Positions 25,501 through 40,500 of a stretch of 62,478 bases of DNA are shown piece after piece. The stretch spans positions 1 through 62,478 of the forward strand of contig MQRK01225273.1 of assembly GCA_001938485.1 (NCBI GenBank), given 5' to 3'. Origin of the DNA: Girardia tigrina. Taxonomy: Eukaryota. Position numbers and translations under genes: made by a program. Under the pieces are notes generated by a model that was not told where the DNA came from, ran no database searches, and worked only from the letters and a program-made list of their open reading frames with translations. Each line of letters opens with the position of its first letter. Within the stretch, counting starts at the first letter, position 1.

Positions 25501-28500
25501 ACCATTTACAGCCATCATTAGAGAATATGTTTCTCCTAAAAATGTATTTTCTCTACATCATGACACTTCAAGAATATTTGATCTCTCAATCTTGGCATGT
25601 CTCTGATTTTGTAAAGCTCATTCATATTATTTCCAGGTTCCATGATCCGGAATCAGAAATAACCATTGATCATGAAATAGTTCCTCCGATTAACGATGAA
25701 TGCCAACTATCGATTGAAGAATACCGATCAAAACTGTATGATGTTAGTTTTCCATTATTATCATTTATATAATATATTATCATAATATTAATAATATTTA
25801 ATTTTCTGACAAAACGATGGTGAATGAAATTATAAATTTATAATTATGATTCTCAATGGAAAATTACATGTTCTCTTTTATTTAAGATGATTATGCAAAA
25901 GAAAGCAGAAAAGCAAGCAAGGACTCAAGCTAAAAGATGCGTTGGGGAAAATAAATCTTTACGAGTTAGTTGAAAATTTCATAATGGAAAACATTTTTTT
26001 CTAATTATCTAACTAATGGTTTCCTTATAAAATTATCAATGTTTATTATTGTAAATAATAATAATAATTTTTTGTTTAGTACTAACACTAATTAATTAAT
26101 TTTATTTCTTACAATTATATTTTGTTTTTCTTAATAAATTTAGAAAACAATTTTTTTTTCAAAATTTATAATATTTAATAAAAACAAAAAACAAACTCTT
26201 TTTCTGACAATAAATATAATTTTTGTCCAAAAAATAATATTTATCTTTCAGATTATTTATGTTAATTTTTTAAAAATTTTTGTAAGTAATTGAAGTGTTT
26301 TTATTTTGTGTAATGATTTATATAATTTTATAAATCATTATATAACCTTGATTTATATAATTTTGGTTAAATTTTCTATAATTTGTTTTTGGATATTAGG
26401 TCGTCAAGTATGAAATTTGTATAATTAAAGTCAGTTTATTGATAATAAAAATATTTATATCATTCATCAAAGTATACACCCATATTATCGACATACTTTT
26501 ACAATTTGAGCAGCAACTTGTTGAGGCCATTTGAAAAAAAAATATTGAACGAGAATCTATAAATTCCTGGAAAGCTATTTTTACGATATCATCGAAAGCG
26601 ATTTTTTTCCAATTAAAAATTTGTTCGAATTGAGGAAGAAATATTAGTCGATTGGGGCTACGTCGAGTGAGTATGGAGGATGATCCAAAATTTCCAACTG
26701 AAGTTCCTGTAGTTTTGTCACGGTCTTAAGTGAGTATGCCGTTTCACATTGTCGAGGAGAAAGATATGATTCGACCTGTTCACCAAAGAAGGCTGTTTTT
26801 CTTGGTGACCCAACAGATGCACGCAGCGACAAATGCACGTACCGACAAATGCGCTAAAAGGGGATTACAGAAATGTTTTTGATATTTTTTATAATTAATC
26901 CATTAATGCTAAAAAAATTTTTGAAATATAAATTTAATAAATGTTTATGAAAATTTTTTTATTATTAATTCGTTAATGTTAAAAATATTTTTGAAATATA
27001 AATTTACTATAATGGACAAAAAGATTTTAAAAAACATAAATTTATTATCCATTAAACAATTATCTAAAAGAGACAATCTAAATGTCAATATTAATAGCTA
27101 CTGTGTGAAAATAATCCTTAAATTCACATCCTTTATAAACATTTATTAAATTAATATTTTAAAAATTATTTTTAGCATTAAAGAATTAATAATAAAAAAT
27201 TTCAAAAACATTTATGCAATCCTCTTTTAACGCATTTGTCGGAGTACCGTTTTTCTTTGAGTTTCCGCATCATATCTCTCAATTGGTTTCAGTAACCATA
27301 TGCTGTGATCGACAAATCAGGTTTCATGAAGTCATAATGGATTACAGCTGCGGCAAATCACGAAACACTCATTATCATTTTGTTTTGATGAATTATTTGC
27401 TTTGGACTGTGTTTTGGTGCTTCATTCGTGCCCAACAAGCTTGTTGAACGTTTGTGATTATCATATAGGATCCATTTTTCATCACAAGTGACGATTCGAT
27501 TCAAAAAGTGATTATATTTATAACGAGGAAACATCATCAAGCAATCATCCAAACGCTTTTGTTTCTGCTTTTCATTCAACTCATGTGGAATCTACTTATC
27601 CAAATTTTTCACTTTACTATTTTGAGCGAAGGGATTGAATATTGTTTGTTTTGTAACAGCAAATGTTAGCGGTAAATCATAAGTATTTTGTGATGGATGA
27701 GACTCCACGGTTACCTTATATTCCTTATTTCCATTCATGATTCCAAAAGTATTCTGATATCTTAGTGTCCACATTTGCTAGTCTGACTAACCTTCCCTCA
27801 GTTCGATCTGGTGTTTTCAATAGAGTCTAGTTGTTGAACAGAATCTTCACTTAAAATTGCGATCTATCGATTCGAAAGTCGTTAAATTGTGTAACTAAAA
27901 ACATGCTCAAATTTCTGATTGATTGTGTACCGAAAAAACATTAATTTTGTATTTGTATGTACCTGGACATGTAATGTACAATATGCCTTTGATCGTGTTT
28001 GTATATGTAAATATAAATAATAAATTTGTAAGTATGCTTATGTTTGATAATGATATTATTGTTCTAAAACTATATCAAGATCGTGCAAAATTGTATGGGA
28101 TACGTGTAAATAATGATATTTTAAGGGGTTCTCTGTCTGAAAAGGGAGAGAACTACTGTATTAAAATAACATCAATTAATTATATATTAAGAATGTGCAA
28201 ATTAATGCCCCTGCAATTTGAAAAATTATTATTGTTTTATTTTTAATTAAACATTTTTATTTATATTAAAAATCAAATATTAAAAAAAGCTTTAATTAAA
28301 ATATATTTGATTAAAATTGTAGTATGTATCCTATTTTTAATATAAATTCACATCAGATATGTAATGTTTCGTCATTGTAGAATTTCATTCTATGAACCTT
28401 TACACTGTGATTTGATCTATTTTATACGAATAACATGAATTTATCTTTGTTTTTATCTTTTATTTTAATATAATTTTTGAAACCGTCTGCGAATTGTACA

Positions 28501-31500
28501 AGTATATTTAATTTGCTAAGCTTTTTTTGCATTCCTGTCATTGCATGGTTGGGTGATTAATTATCCATAGACCACAAAATCCACCGGGGCTATTAATCTG
28601 TAAAAAAGATATTATTTTAGAATAAATTGTCTCAATTTTAAATTAAAAAAGATTTAAAATATTTTGTTAAGAATTGTTTATTTTTAAAATATGTATTAAT
28701 TTATAAAAAATTATTACCGATTTAGAAATTATTTCTAAGTTTCAATTTTTATAACTTTAATCAGATTTTGATTGTTAAGATAAATGTCGGCGAATCGATT
28801 ATAAAAAGAAAGTTGAAAAATTGTTAGAAATAAAAATTATTATTTTGTGCTAATAAAATTTTTTTAACAAATATGTATTCTAATTCAAATATCGAAAATG
28901 ATATCAACGCAACCAAAAGAAATCATTCCACCTGCGAGGAATATTTTGAATGTTTGATGTTTTGTGTTTGAATGTAGTATGCTGATTTGCGATTGTCTCC
29001 CACCCAGGTGGATGATTAATATTTAATTCTTATTATCTGAAAATATGTAATGTTTACATTTATTTCTAATTTAATAATAAATAATTGTTAAATTTTAAAT
29101 AATTTTATTAATTTTATTTACAATTTTTAAATAAATAAATTGAAATAATATTTTTTTAATAATTAATAATCATTTTAATTTTTAACCAATAAAATTTGTA
29201 TTAACAACATCAATATGATTTTTTGGGTTACCATACAATTGCGTACATAAAAATTGCATAAGGGACAATTGTGTAGAGATTATTAAATTATTATTATTAA
29301 TTATTATTAAATTATTGATGGTGTTGAATGAAATGATGACACCTATATACAATTCCAATATTTGACAAATTTTGTTTATTAACAGTTAATTATATTTTTA
29401 AAATAAAAAGCTAAAAATCCAAAGAAACAAAAAGGTTCATTAAATATTTATTAAAAATTATTGATAAAATTATTTTAACTAAAATTTTGATTAAACGTTT
29501 TTTTTATTATGATTAAACGTCATATTGGTGTTTTTAATATCATCAAATGCAAAATTATGGGAAAGAAAATCAGATTCTGTGATCAAGAAATATATGAATA
29601 CAATGTTTTGATTGAAGTTACTGAAAAAACATCAACCGAAACAGAAGTTTACACAAAAACAAAAAGTTGCATAAAGATAAATACAATGATGGTATGATCA
29701 TCAAATTGAATTCTTTGAATTAGAATTCTACAGAGTTTGAATTCTTTCGTCTAATTATTAGAATTGATACAATTGTCTTGACTTTCTCAAAAAATGTTTT
29801 AATAATAATGAGTACTAAATAAAAAAAATAGTAACTAATTATATTAATTTGATATTTCAAAGAATTCACGTTCGTTCTCTTTTATAGAGGATGTAAGAGA
29901 GTTTCTTGTACGGCAAGGATAAGTCATGTTTATAATTATGACATTTCCACAAAAAGGTCTACCCTTAAACACTTGGATTCTTGGAGTTGTAGATTTCTAC
30001 TTTCGGTTAAAATAATTTTTCACAAAAAGATTACCTAAAATTTAAGACTTGAATGCTCTGCAATGGAGATTTTTTGTATTAGATTAAAATATTTATCAAA
30101 TCAATGATACAATAATACTAATAATAATAATAAAATTAATAATAATAGTAATAATAATAATCATAATAATAAAAATAATAATAATAATAATGCTACTTAA
30201 GTTAAATTAATATTTAAGTTTCAATAATTTAAATATAATCAACAATTTTAAAACAATTCTACTTTCCAAATCTTCAAGATTCCTGATGGTAACAAAAAGT
30301 GCGTCTATATATATATTAATAATTAACAAAATAAACACTTCCCAATCGTTTTTTTAGTGCTAAATCAAGCGTATAATAAATCATTTCCATACAAGAAAAC
30401 TTATTCTAACGAAAAATCTTATAATTTTACCCAATTGAAAATTAATGTTTAACAGTTGCATAATTTTCTTATCCCACTGAAATATATTTTCGGACAAAAA
30501 ATTGATGAGTTAATATTTGTTCCCGGAAGGTTATAAACAGTTCTAAAAATTTATTTTAAGAGATTTGACTCTAGTACTTTTAATATGAAGCTCAAAACCA
30601 TTCAGTTACCGGATAGTGAAGTAAGTTATCTTAACAGAAATGTAAACAGAAACTTAATATCTCAACTCGAAAAATAATTACATCTCAAAATTAGTTCAAC
30701 CAGAATAAAAATAAATTAGTAAGAGACACTTGAAACTATTTTTATATAGTCATTCTATCCCATTCTCACTCCATCAGTGTATATTGCCCGTGAGAATCTA
30801 TTTTTACTGCTTCTTCTTTCGTCTTTCTAAAGGAATTATTAATCTTATATTCTCTATTTAAAAACTTACAAAGTAAAAGACAATTTTAGAGAAAGTGAGT
30901 AATGTAAATAATAAAATATCTTTTCCGTTCATTCGTCTATTATATTATATGTATTATCTATTCTCATGCTGCGATGACTTTTATTTCTTTTGATAATTTA
31001 AAAGGTTTTGTTGAAGTTTGTTCTATCTAATTTGTCTGAAATTAATATGTATCATGATCATTGCCGTAAATCAGACTATTAACAACATCAATATGACTTT
31101 ACGAACATTTATTATTATCCCAAGTGGAATTGTTATTAAAAAAAATTATTCAAACCACTTTCACTATTCGATATTTTTCTTGATTAATATATTTCTGAGT
31201 TTCTTCCTAATTTTTAAAATAAATGAAAAATATTTATTAATAATTATTAATTATGAAAATTCTTATTGGTTAACTTTAAATCTAAACATTTTAAAAGTAT
31301 CAATAAAATTAATATATTAAAATTATTAGTTACATTAAAAATTAAATATTACATTCGAAAATTTAAATATTACATTTAAAAAATATTTTTAGTCTTTTTA
31401 CTTTAAAATTAAATTAAATTATTTTAAAATAGTATGAATCACGGAACATACCAGTCATCCATCTGGGTAGGAGAGACGCAAATCGAATCAACATACAACA

Positions 31501-34500
31501 TGCACAATATAAAACAACAAACAATTCAAATAAAAAATATAAAATTCATTCTCTCTCCCAAATGGAAAGATTTGAGTTTGGACTTTTGTCTGTCGTTAAT
31601 ATAAGATGAGTTGTAGGTAAGTTAGAACAGACAGCATAAAGGATGAATCGCGAAGACGGCTTCCATCACGATCATGCGATTTGTAATTAAACAATTATGA
31701 AACATATAACCATGAAAATTGCGTTGATTAAATTCGGATTTTGCACAATTTTCAAACAAAATCAAAGTCCTCACTTCTCATGCCCAAATTGTTTTGATAC
31801 AACAATGAGTCATAAAATTTATATTGATGGGTCATTAAACAAATTCTTTTTTTACCACGTTTTACTTAGCTTCGTTTCTTGTCTGGAACAAATCTTGCGA
31901 TTGATTTTTCGACCACTTTCAGTCATCCAATTGAGCTGAATTTTTTTATACAGGCTTGCTTCCGTTGACAATACAATATTTTAAAACATTTACGGCTCTA
32001 CATAAACCGCATATGCTATAATTTAACTTTATGAAAATTTTAACTTTATGAAAAAAATCAATAATATTAATTAATACGTACAAANNNNNNNNNNNNNNNN
32101 NNNNNNNNNNNNNNNNNNNNNNNNNNNNNNNNNNNNNNNNNNNNNNNNNNNNNNNNNNNNNNNNNNNNNNNNNNNNNNNNNNNNNNNNNNNNNNNNNNNN
32201 NNNNNNNNNNNNNNNNNNNNNNNNNNNNNNNNNNNNNNNNNNNNNNNNNNNNNNNNNTATGTGCGAAATTTTATACCTAACCAAAAACGTGGGGCATAGA
32301 AATGATCGATTGTTACTAAAAAGCAGTAAAGAGGAAATAGCAGTTACTAATAACAGTAATTCAGAAATCCGCCCCATGTTTTTGGTTAAGTATAAAATTT
32401 CGCACATGTCTAGAAAAAAATTATTTTCCTCTTTTTAGTGCATTGGTAATGCTTGAAAAACGTGGTTGTTTTTATAAAAATTTTTTTTTATTAATAATAT
32501 TATTTATTTAATTATCTTCTGCTATTTCATAAAAAGAAGAAATCTTGATTTATATACATAAGACATAACATTAGAAAAGATATGAAGGATCTTCAAAATG
32601 TTACTATGTTAGATTTTGATTAAAATTTAGTGTACGACTTTTCGTCAAAGTCATTTTAGTTTCTCACTATTTATAGTTTTTAAATAAGTTTTTATATGTT
32701 GATCATAAAAAATCAAGGAAGACAAAGTCCTCAGAGACGATTTCTTTCTTCAGTTTCATATCGATTTTCTTATCCACTTCTCATCCTTTATAACTTATCC
32801 AAAATGACCAGTACTTCTGTCATTCATTGAACATTTTATCCAAAAAGAGTTAATGATCTTGTATTAAATTTTAATTGAGAATAAATAATATCTTTTTCAG
32901 GTTTATAATAAACGCAGTGGACTTATCTTGTTTAGAGTAAGCTCTCAAAAGAAGCTAAAGCATTTAGATTAGGATTATAAAAATGTCACAATATTTCGAA
33001 TCGTTCTTTTTTGACAATAAACTTCTATTTTCATTGAAAAGTTAAAGAAAATTGTCTATTTTGGTTAAATATTTTTTTGTTATTTTTTGATTATTACTTG
33101 TTAAATTAGGCAGTTGAGAATGACACAAATGTTCGGTTGAATGAAACGTATTCTGGTGTGGAACAGAGAACAACAAACAACAGTATTAATAAATCGGTTT
33201 ATGGTAAATTATTTTAGTTTTTTATGAAATATTTAATCAAAAATTGCAATAATCAAAAAAAAACGTCATGAAAAGTAGTTAGGGGATTCTTCAATATCCA
33301 AAAGATATTCCTCGCGTAAATTCGGGGTTAGGTTATTTATTTAGGAAGATTACCACTGTAGATTAAAGATCATCAAGAATAAAATTATTGCTCTTTCTTA
33401 GCATTTATCAGATCTAAACTAAATATATGTGCTATCCTGTTTAGTGTTGTTGGTCTAAGGCAGGGGTGGGCAAACTTTTATTGCGCTGGCCAGAAATTTT
33501 TCAAAAACTTTTCTTGCGGCCGCATGCATTTTTAAGTCAATTGAATAAAAAAAACAAAGAGAAAAATTTAATGTGAATAGTGAAGTTGACTACAAGAACT
33601 AATCAAAGTTCGATAGTCGGGAGTTAATTGACTGGTTGAGATTCGAAGAATTGAACGGAGATTTGAATCAGATAAAATGGATCTATTTTTGATTTTTTTA
33701 TATTCATGCATGATCAACATATAAACAACTACCGGGTTTAAAACTAACATAACTTTTTTTGGCAAAAAAATATGAAAAATGGTATTAAATAGCAAAAAAG
33801 CATTTATTAAAATTTAATATTATTCAACAGAATAACCATCGACATCAATACAATGTTTAAGGCGCCGATGAAAAGACTTAATGGCATTTTAGCACATTTC
33901 ACCATCTATTTTTGCCGCTTCTTGGCAAATAAAATCTTTAAGTTGCTGAATTGTTTCTCGTTTTCTCTTATACACTTCACTCTTCAAATACCCCCACACA
34001 AAAAATCAAGTGGTGCCAAATCAGGTGACCTGGCCGGCGATACATATGGACCACATCATCCCAGCCAACGTTGTGGAAACGCTTCATCCAGAAATTGTCG
34101 CAAAATCAGTGAATAATGGGTAGATGCTCCATCTTACTGGAACACAGCTTTCCCTTTGCATGTTCTTGATAACGATGGCATAAATAAACTTTTTAACATA
34201 TCCAGGTCAAGCGCCACTGTTATATTTCCTTCAATAAAAAAGGGCCCATAAACACCAGTTGAAGACAACCCCATCCAAACATTAACTTTTTCACTAGCCT
34301 GTAACCTCTGATATGTTTCGGTTGGTGTTTCAGTGCCCCAAATTGTATGTCTTTTTACAATGCCGTTAAGATGGAAAGTTGACTCATCAGAGAATATCAG
34401 GTTACTAAGACAATTTTCATCTGCATCTATCGATTGAATTAGCATTTCACACATAACACGTCTAAGAGCGCAATCTTCTTCATACAAAAGTTGCGTGGCT

Positions 34501-37500
34501 TGAATTCTGTAAGGGAACATTTTAAAGTCGTTTCATAATATGTTTTGAACAGTTCCATAAGATCAATTCAGAGTTGACAACGATTTCCTGATAGAAGACT
34601 GGGGTTCTTGCTTAAAATGTTCTGCTATCTCATTTTTTTTCATCATCAATTGGTGGTCTTCCAGATTTTGGAGCATTTAGAACGCATCCTGTTTCTTCAA
34701 ACTTTTTGAAGATGCTTCTAATACTTTTTTTCGGTTGAAATATTTTTTTTCATTTAAGTCGTTGAAGTTCTCTTCTTACTAAAGTCACTGACTCATGCTT
34801 CGCAAATAAAATAAAAATTTTTACACGCTGATTTACATCCATTTTGAATCTTACGCTTAAACCAATAACAACAATTAATATATTTAAACAAAATGTACTT
34901 TTAATTATATTTTAAAGAATAAGCTTATGGATGCCTTTATAATTAAAATGAAATACAATATAATTCAAAAGGTAATGCAGTTTAAAATCCGGTAGTTATT
35001 TTATGATCACCCTGTATATGTTTGATGCGAAAAATGAAAAAAATTTGTTTGCAAAAGAACAAATAATGGAAAATTGTTCTATATTCTGTAGTTTGCCTAT
35101 CCCTGGTCTATGGAAACAATGAATAAATCTTAAAAACAAAATTATGTAGCATATTTTCATTTTTCAAATGCAAATGAAAAAAAAATGGTTACAAAACCTG
35201 ATAATCAACCAAGGTAACTGACAGTAGTAAATATTTTGCTGGTGAAGAATCTTACTTCGATGCAACTATGTCTAAGGAATCATGGTGCTAGTAAATGACG
35301 CTTAAGGTGACCCTGACAATATGTTATTATATAATAACAACTAAAATCACACTATATATTTCTACATTATTTCCTTCCCAAATAATTTCTTTGAACTTCC
35401 AGCAATCTCGGATTTATATAAAAAGTTATAACTTAGCATTAAGCACTTCATAGAAAATTCAATTATAAAGCATAAAGTTATACTCAAATTTCGATTGAAT
35501 TCAAATTGAAAATAATTATTTTTATGTAAGAAATTTTTTTCACTTTTGAAATTTGAACAAACTTATAATTTTTCGTTCAAAATTGTATTAATTTAATTAA
35601 ACCGATTTATTTTTTAAAAATTTCAAAATGATATGTTTGTCATAATTTATAGTAACTATAATAATATAGATGTTGCTTTCGGGCGAACAACCCATCAAAA
35701 ACCTCCGCCAAAGGTCAACCTTGTTGTAAACCAAGCAAGTCATACCACTGGAAATGCTAAACAGTATCTGCAAAACGGACCAAACGTTAATGTGAGAAAT
35801 AATTATTTATTATTATTATTATCACAACAACAGATTTAACTGAACTTTCTTTGATTGTTTTCAGAGATTTTATAAGCGTTGTATACAGTGAGGTTCATTT
35901 TAGGTCCATGTCTAAAATTGAAAGAATAATAAAATTTAACCAATCAAAATGTTTATTTAAGAAACAACTTACTCAAATGTCCATTTGATGATAAAATGTC
36001 CATTTGAGGATAGAAAATATATGAAATAATATTTTCTACCCCTTAACACACATACATACATAACTGCACACATAGCATACACACATAATATTAGGACCAT
36101 TTGTTAATATAATGTCCATTTAACAATATAAAATTTTGTATGTTTTTTCATAAATTTTTCAAAGTTTTTAATAAAATTTTTAATAAAAATATTTTAATTA
36201 ATTAATTTTAAATTACAAAAATCATATTTTTTTCAAAAAATTTCTTTTAACAATTGCCAAAGTAAAATATACATTAAATTTAATTAAAAAATTAATAAAT
36301 ATTTTTAGAAATTGAATTTTTGTTTTCAATTAAAAAAGTTCGACACTGAAAAAATATTTTAAAAATTTCATAAATCTCATAATTTTAAATATAAAGCATA
36401 ATTTAAATAATTTAATGGAAAAAAATGTAAATGAATAAAAAAATATACAAAAAACTATATTTAAATTACATTTAAATTAACAAATGTCGACAAAAATTAT
36501 TATTTATTATATAAATTATTATTATATAAATTAACAGATATCAAAAAAATATTTACCTTCCATTAGTTATAAATGTAGATCCAAAAAATCCACGATATAA
36601 CAAGTTTCGTTATTAACAAATGGATACTTGTTATTAACGAATGGACCTCATTGTATCATAAAAATACTGTCAATAAGTCTTTAGCCTAATCTATAAATGA
36701 ATGTGTGTCAACAATAATGATCGAACCATAAATATTTCATATTGTTGCCCATGACTTGAAACACACACGCACAGCGCATACCCAGTTAGAGATATCACAG
36801 ATAACTGATTTCCGTATAACATTGGTTTATCTAGGTTGAGTACAGAATCATTATCAAGTTTCTTCTTAGAAAACTTTAATCCATCGAAATACAAAAAATA
36901 AACCATTTAGAAATGATTATTCATCACGTGTGAGACCATTTACTATTGGATTCATAACTTGAAAAATGGAAGACAGTTTATTTTCAACTTAAAAAAGAAG
37001 AAAGACCAATGACATTTCAGAAGAGAAGCGTAAATTGTTTAAGAAAATAATCACAACAAGGATTAAATTCGAATTCATCGTCTCAACATTAGTAAAGCTT
37101 CCCCTTTTGTCATACTTAAAAATGTTAGAATTCGCAAACTTTGTTCGCAATTTGTTTCCAAATACATGACTAATGAAATGTGTGACTATCAATTCACTGT
37201 TGCACTGTTGATTTGAAATTGTTTGAACCACATGGCTAAAAATTTCTAAAACTCTTATTATTCTGCAAGTTCTGAAAGCAAAGGGAATACTTCTGAATGA
37301 AGACTTCCTCATTAATTTTTACCACACAAACGTCGTTATGAAACCTCTCATAAGAGAGAATCAATGTTGAAAGGGTTTTGTGACCTTCGTGGAATGATTA
37401 CTATGAGGAGTTAATTTTAATTTAGTGACATTTTTCAAAAATAGTTTATTATTTTTTTAATTTGTAAATTTTAAAAAAAAGTAAATAAATACAAATGTTT

Positions 37501-40500
37501 TAAAATTAAAATTCATATTATAAAGAAAACTATCAAAAATTTAATACTTATTTAAAAATTAAATATCTTTACAGTTATAACAAATGATAAATTTTAATAA
37601 AAGTTTTGAAATAAAAATTTTAAAATAAATACTAACGAATTAATTTTTATAATATTTAAAGAAATAATTTTTAAAATAAAAGGCTTATGATAAATTTAAA
37701 TTAATTAATTTTAGGATAAAATTTTAGGATAAAAATTAATTGTATTAATTAGAAGTTTTGAAATTTATTAAATTGTAAAAATTGAAGGTTGTTAAAAAAT
37801 TGATAGATTGATTTTAGGCAAAATAATTGAATTAACAAGAAATTTGTTTGAATATGTGAATTGCTATCATTAATAAAATTTTGGTGTTAAATTATGAGCC
37901 TTGATTCTAGTGATAATACAAGTGACCTAAACGCTACTTACAATTACAAATGATCTATTTGACAAAGGTAGGACAAGAAATAGCCCAGTTCGCAAGTTAC
38001 GATGCAAACCAAAAGGATAATTCATGAAAACGCTTCCACTTACACGTTACAACAGTAAAAATTGAAGAATTTGAGACTTCAAACCGTTGCAGGGATTTCG
38101 AACTTTTTAAGACCATCGTAAGAGTCTTAAGGATCACATTTTTTCTTATGTAAGAACTCAAAGAGAATTTCAAGAATATTTTGGTCGACTGTCTACAAAT
38201 GTCTTTGAAAATACATTTAATGACATCATCCACCGTTGGCGGAAATGTGTGTATAGCAATTTTTTGTTGCATTGTAATTCTGTAATAAAAATTTCAATTC
38301 GTTTCATTTTTATCTAAACGAATATAACGACTTATTAATAGTACCACGTACAATTTTGCAAACAAAACATTTTGTAGTTTTCTTAAGTTTTGTTAAATAT
38401 AAAAATATTTTTTGTAAATCAAACTGTGGATTGATGGTAAAAGTTTCGGTTGTTATTAACAACAAGAAGCAATTATGAGAGATTTTTCAATGTTTGCACA
38501 TCACTGTACGCAAGGGTACTTGTCACGCACTAAGTATTTTATCAATATCTACCGTATTGTTTTTATAGTAAAAGTAAAAATATTATATAAATTAAAATAT
38601 TGGAGAGCATTTTATTTTTATTAAAATAAGGACCAGATATTTTTAAACCATAGATTATCGCTTTTTTTCCATAAATTGATAGAATATCCATAGATTTCTA
38701 AAAAATATTCAGTTTTATAAAAATAGAATTACTGAAAATATTTCATAAACTGATAAAAAATATTATAAAGTTAATCATTTTAAAAAGCTACAAAAATGAT
38801 AATAACAGTTTAACTTTCTTTTAGTTAAAAGTTTTCTTTTCAAAGTCCACAATTCCTTGGTATCTTTTTAGGGCTTCTCTTATTCCTTAAACTAAGAATA
38901 TTAACATCGACAAGATTTGGTGATTCAAAAAGTGGTATAAGGGCAAACATTTCCTTTTCTTACTGAAATATTTCTACACAAGACGGTAAATATCTTTCCA
39001 TATTTTAATAACGGTGTTCCGTGAAATAAAAACTAGATTATTGTGATCAATATTTTCTTGATCAATATATTTCTGAATTCATACTAATTATTTTCAATAA
39101 ATGAAAATCTGTTAATAAAAATTATTAATTGTAAAGAATCTAATTGGTTAAAATTAAATCTAAACATTTTTAAAAAAGTACATATTAAATTATAATATTA
39201 AAATTTTAAATTACATTTAAAAATAAATAATACATTCAAAAATGATTTTAAATCTTTTCACTTTAAAATTAAATTAAATTATTTTAATTAGTAGGAATCA
39301 AAGAAAATACCAATCATCCATCTATGTAGGAGAGGCACAATCCGAATCAACATACAATATGCACAATATCAACATCCAATTCAATACATTCCTCATATCC
39401 CCCTCGGTTTAAATGGCTTTAGCCATTCAACATTTCTAATCAAAGTTCTACCATCTTCGAGCTGTAACTCGTAACTCCTTTCGGGATTTCGTTTCAACAC
39501 AATTGTCGGACCTATGTAAGGGTCATCTTCTTTTGATATATTTTCTTTTTTTTATCAACACTCTGTCTCCAACTTCAAAAACTCTTCTTGTCTCCACATT
39601 TTGTTCGACATTAACTTGGTTTCCGTTAGTTTCTTTATTGTTCTTCCACTAATGTCTTAATCGTCTCCCAAATATTATTTCAGCTGGTGCAACACCTGTC
39701 GTAGCTTGAACTTTACTATTCAACATAAATTCTATTTCCGACAATACTTCTGTCCTATCTATGTGGTCTCCGTCCTTCATTCTAATATTTATAGCATCTC
39801 TGATTATTCGAAATTGTCTTTCCACTATCCCATTTGTATTATGATGATATGGACTTGAATAGATTATCTCGACTTTGAACCTTTTAACTGTATCTTTGAA
39901 CAAAGCCAATTCAAATGTCTTTCGTCTATCAACATTGATTTCTTTTGGAGGTCCAAATTTCCATATACATCTGTCCAATATCACTCTACGAACTGTTTTT
40001 TCATCTTGACTAGCAACTACATTCAGGCTAATATATCTACTGAATTGGTCTACTATTGCAAGTACGTATTGATATCCGTTTATGCTTCTTTTGAATGGTC
40101 CACAGAAGTCCATGTATATTTTCTGGAAAGGTTCATCTTTTTTGACAATTTAAACAACTTTGGACTATTTCTTTAATGATATTTCTCATATTCTCCATGT
40201 CAAAATCTTCTCGAAGATAGTTATAGACCTTTTTACTACCAGCATGACATGATAGTTTGTGCATCTCTTCAATAAAATCTGTTCGATTTTCTTTTGGGAT
40301 TCAGTATTTATTTTCCTGAGTTGCCACAATGTCATTTTTAGTGTCCATTTTCTCGTTTTCCCTTTTCTTATATCTTCAACAATTTGTTTTATTTCTTCGT
40401 TATTCTTTTGTCATTTGAAATCCTCTGACTCTTCGTTCAATGCAAGAATTCTCGTCTTGATCTTTCCTTTCTGGGTCTCTTCATGCATCGTCTGACACTG

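Noticed and set aside
27923-31939. Several hydrophobic 60-107 aa ORFs
   Set aside because: Composition reflects AT-rich intron and LTR sequence; no motifs or exon signals.
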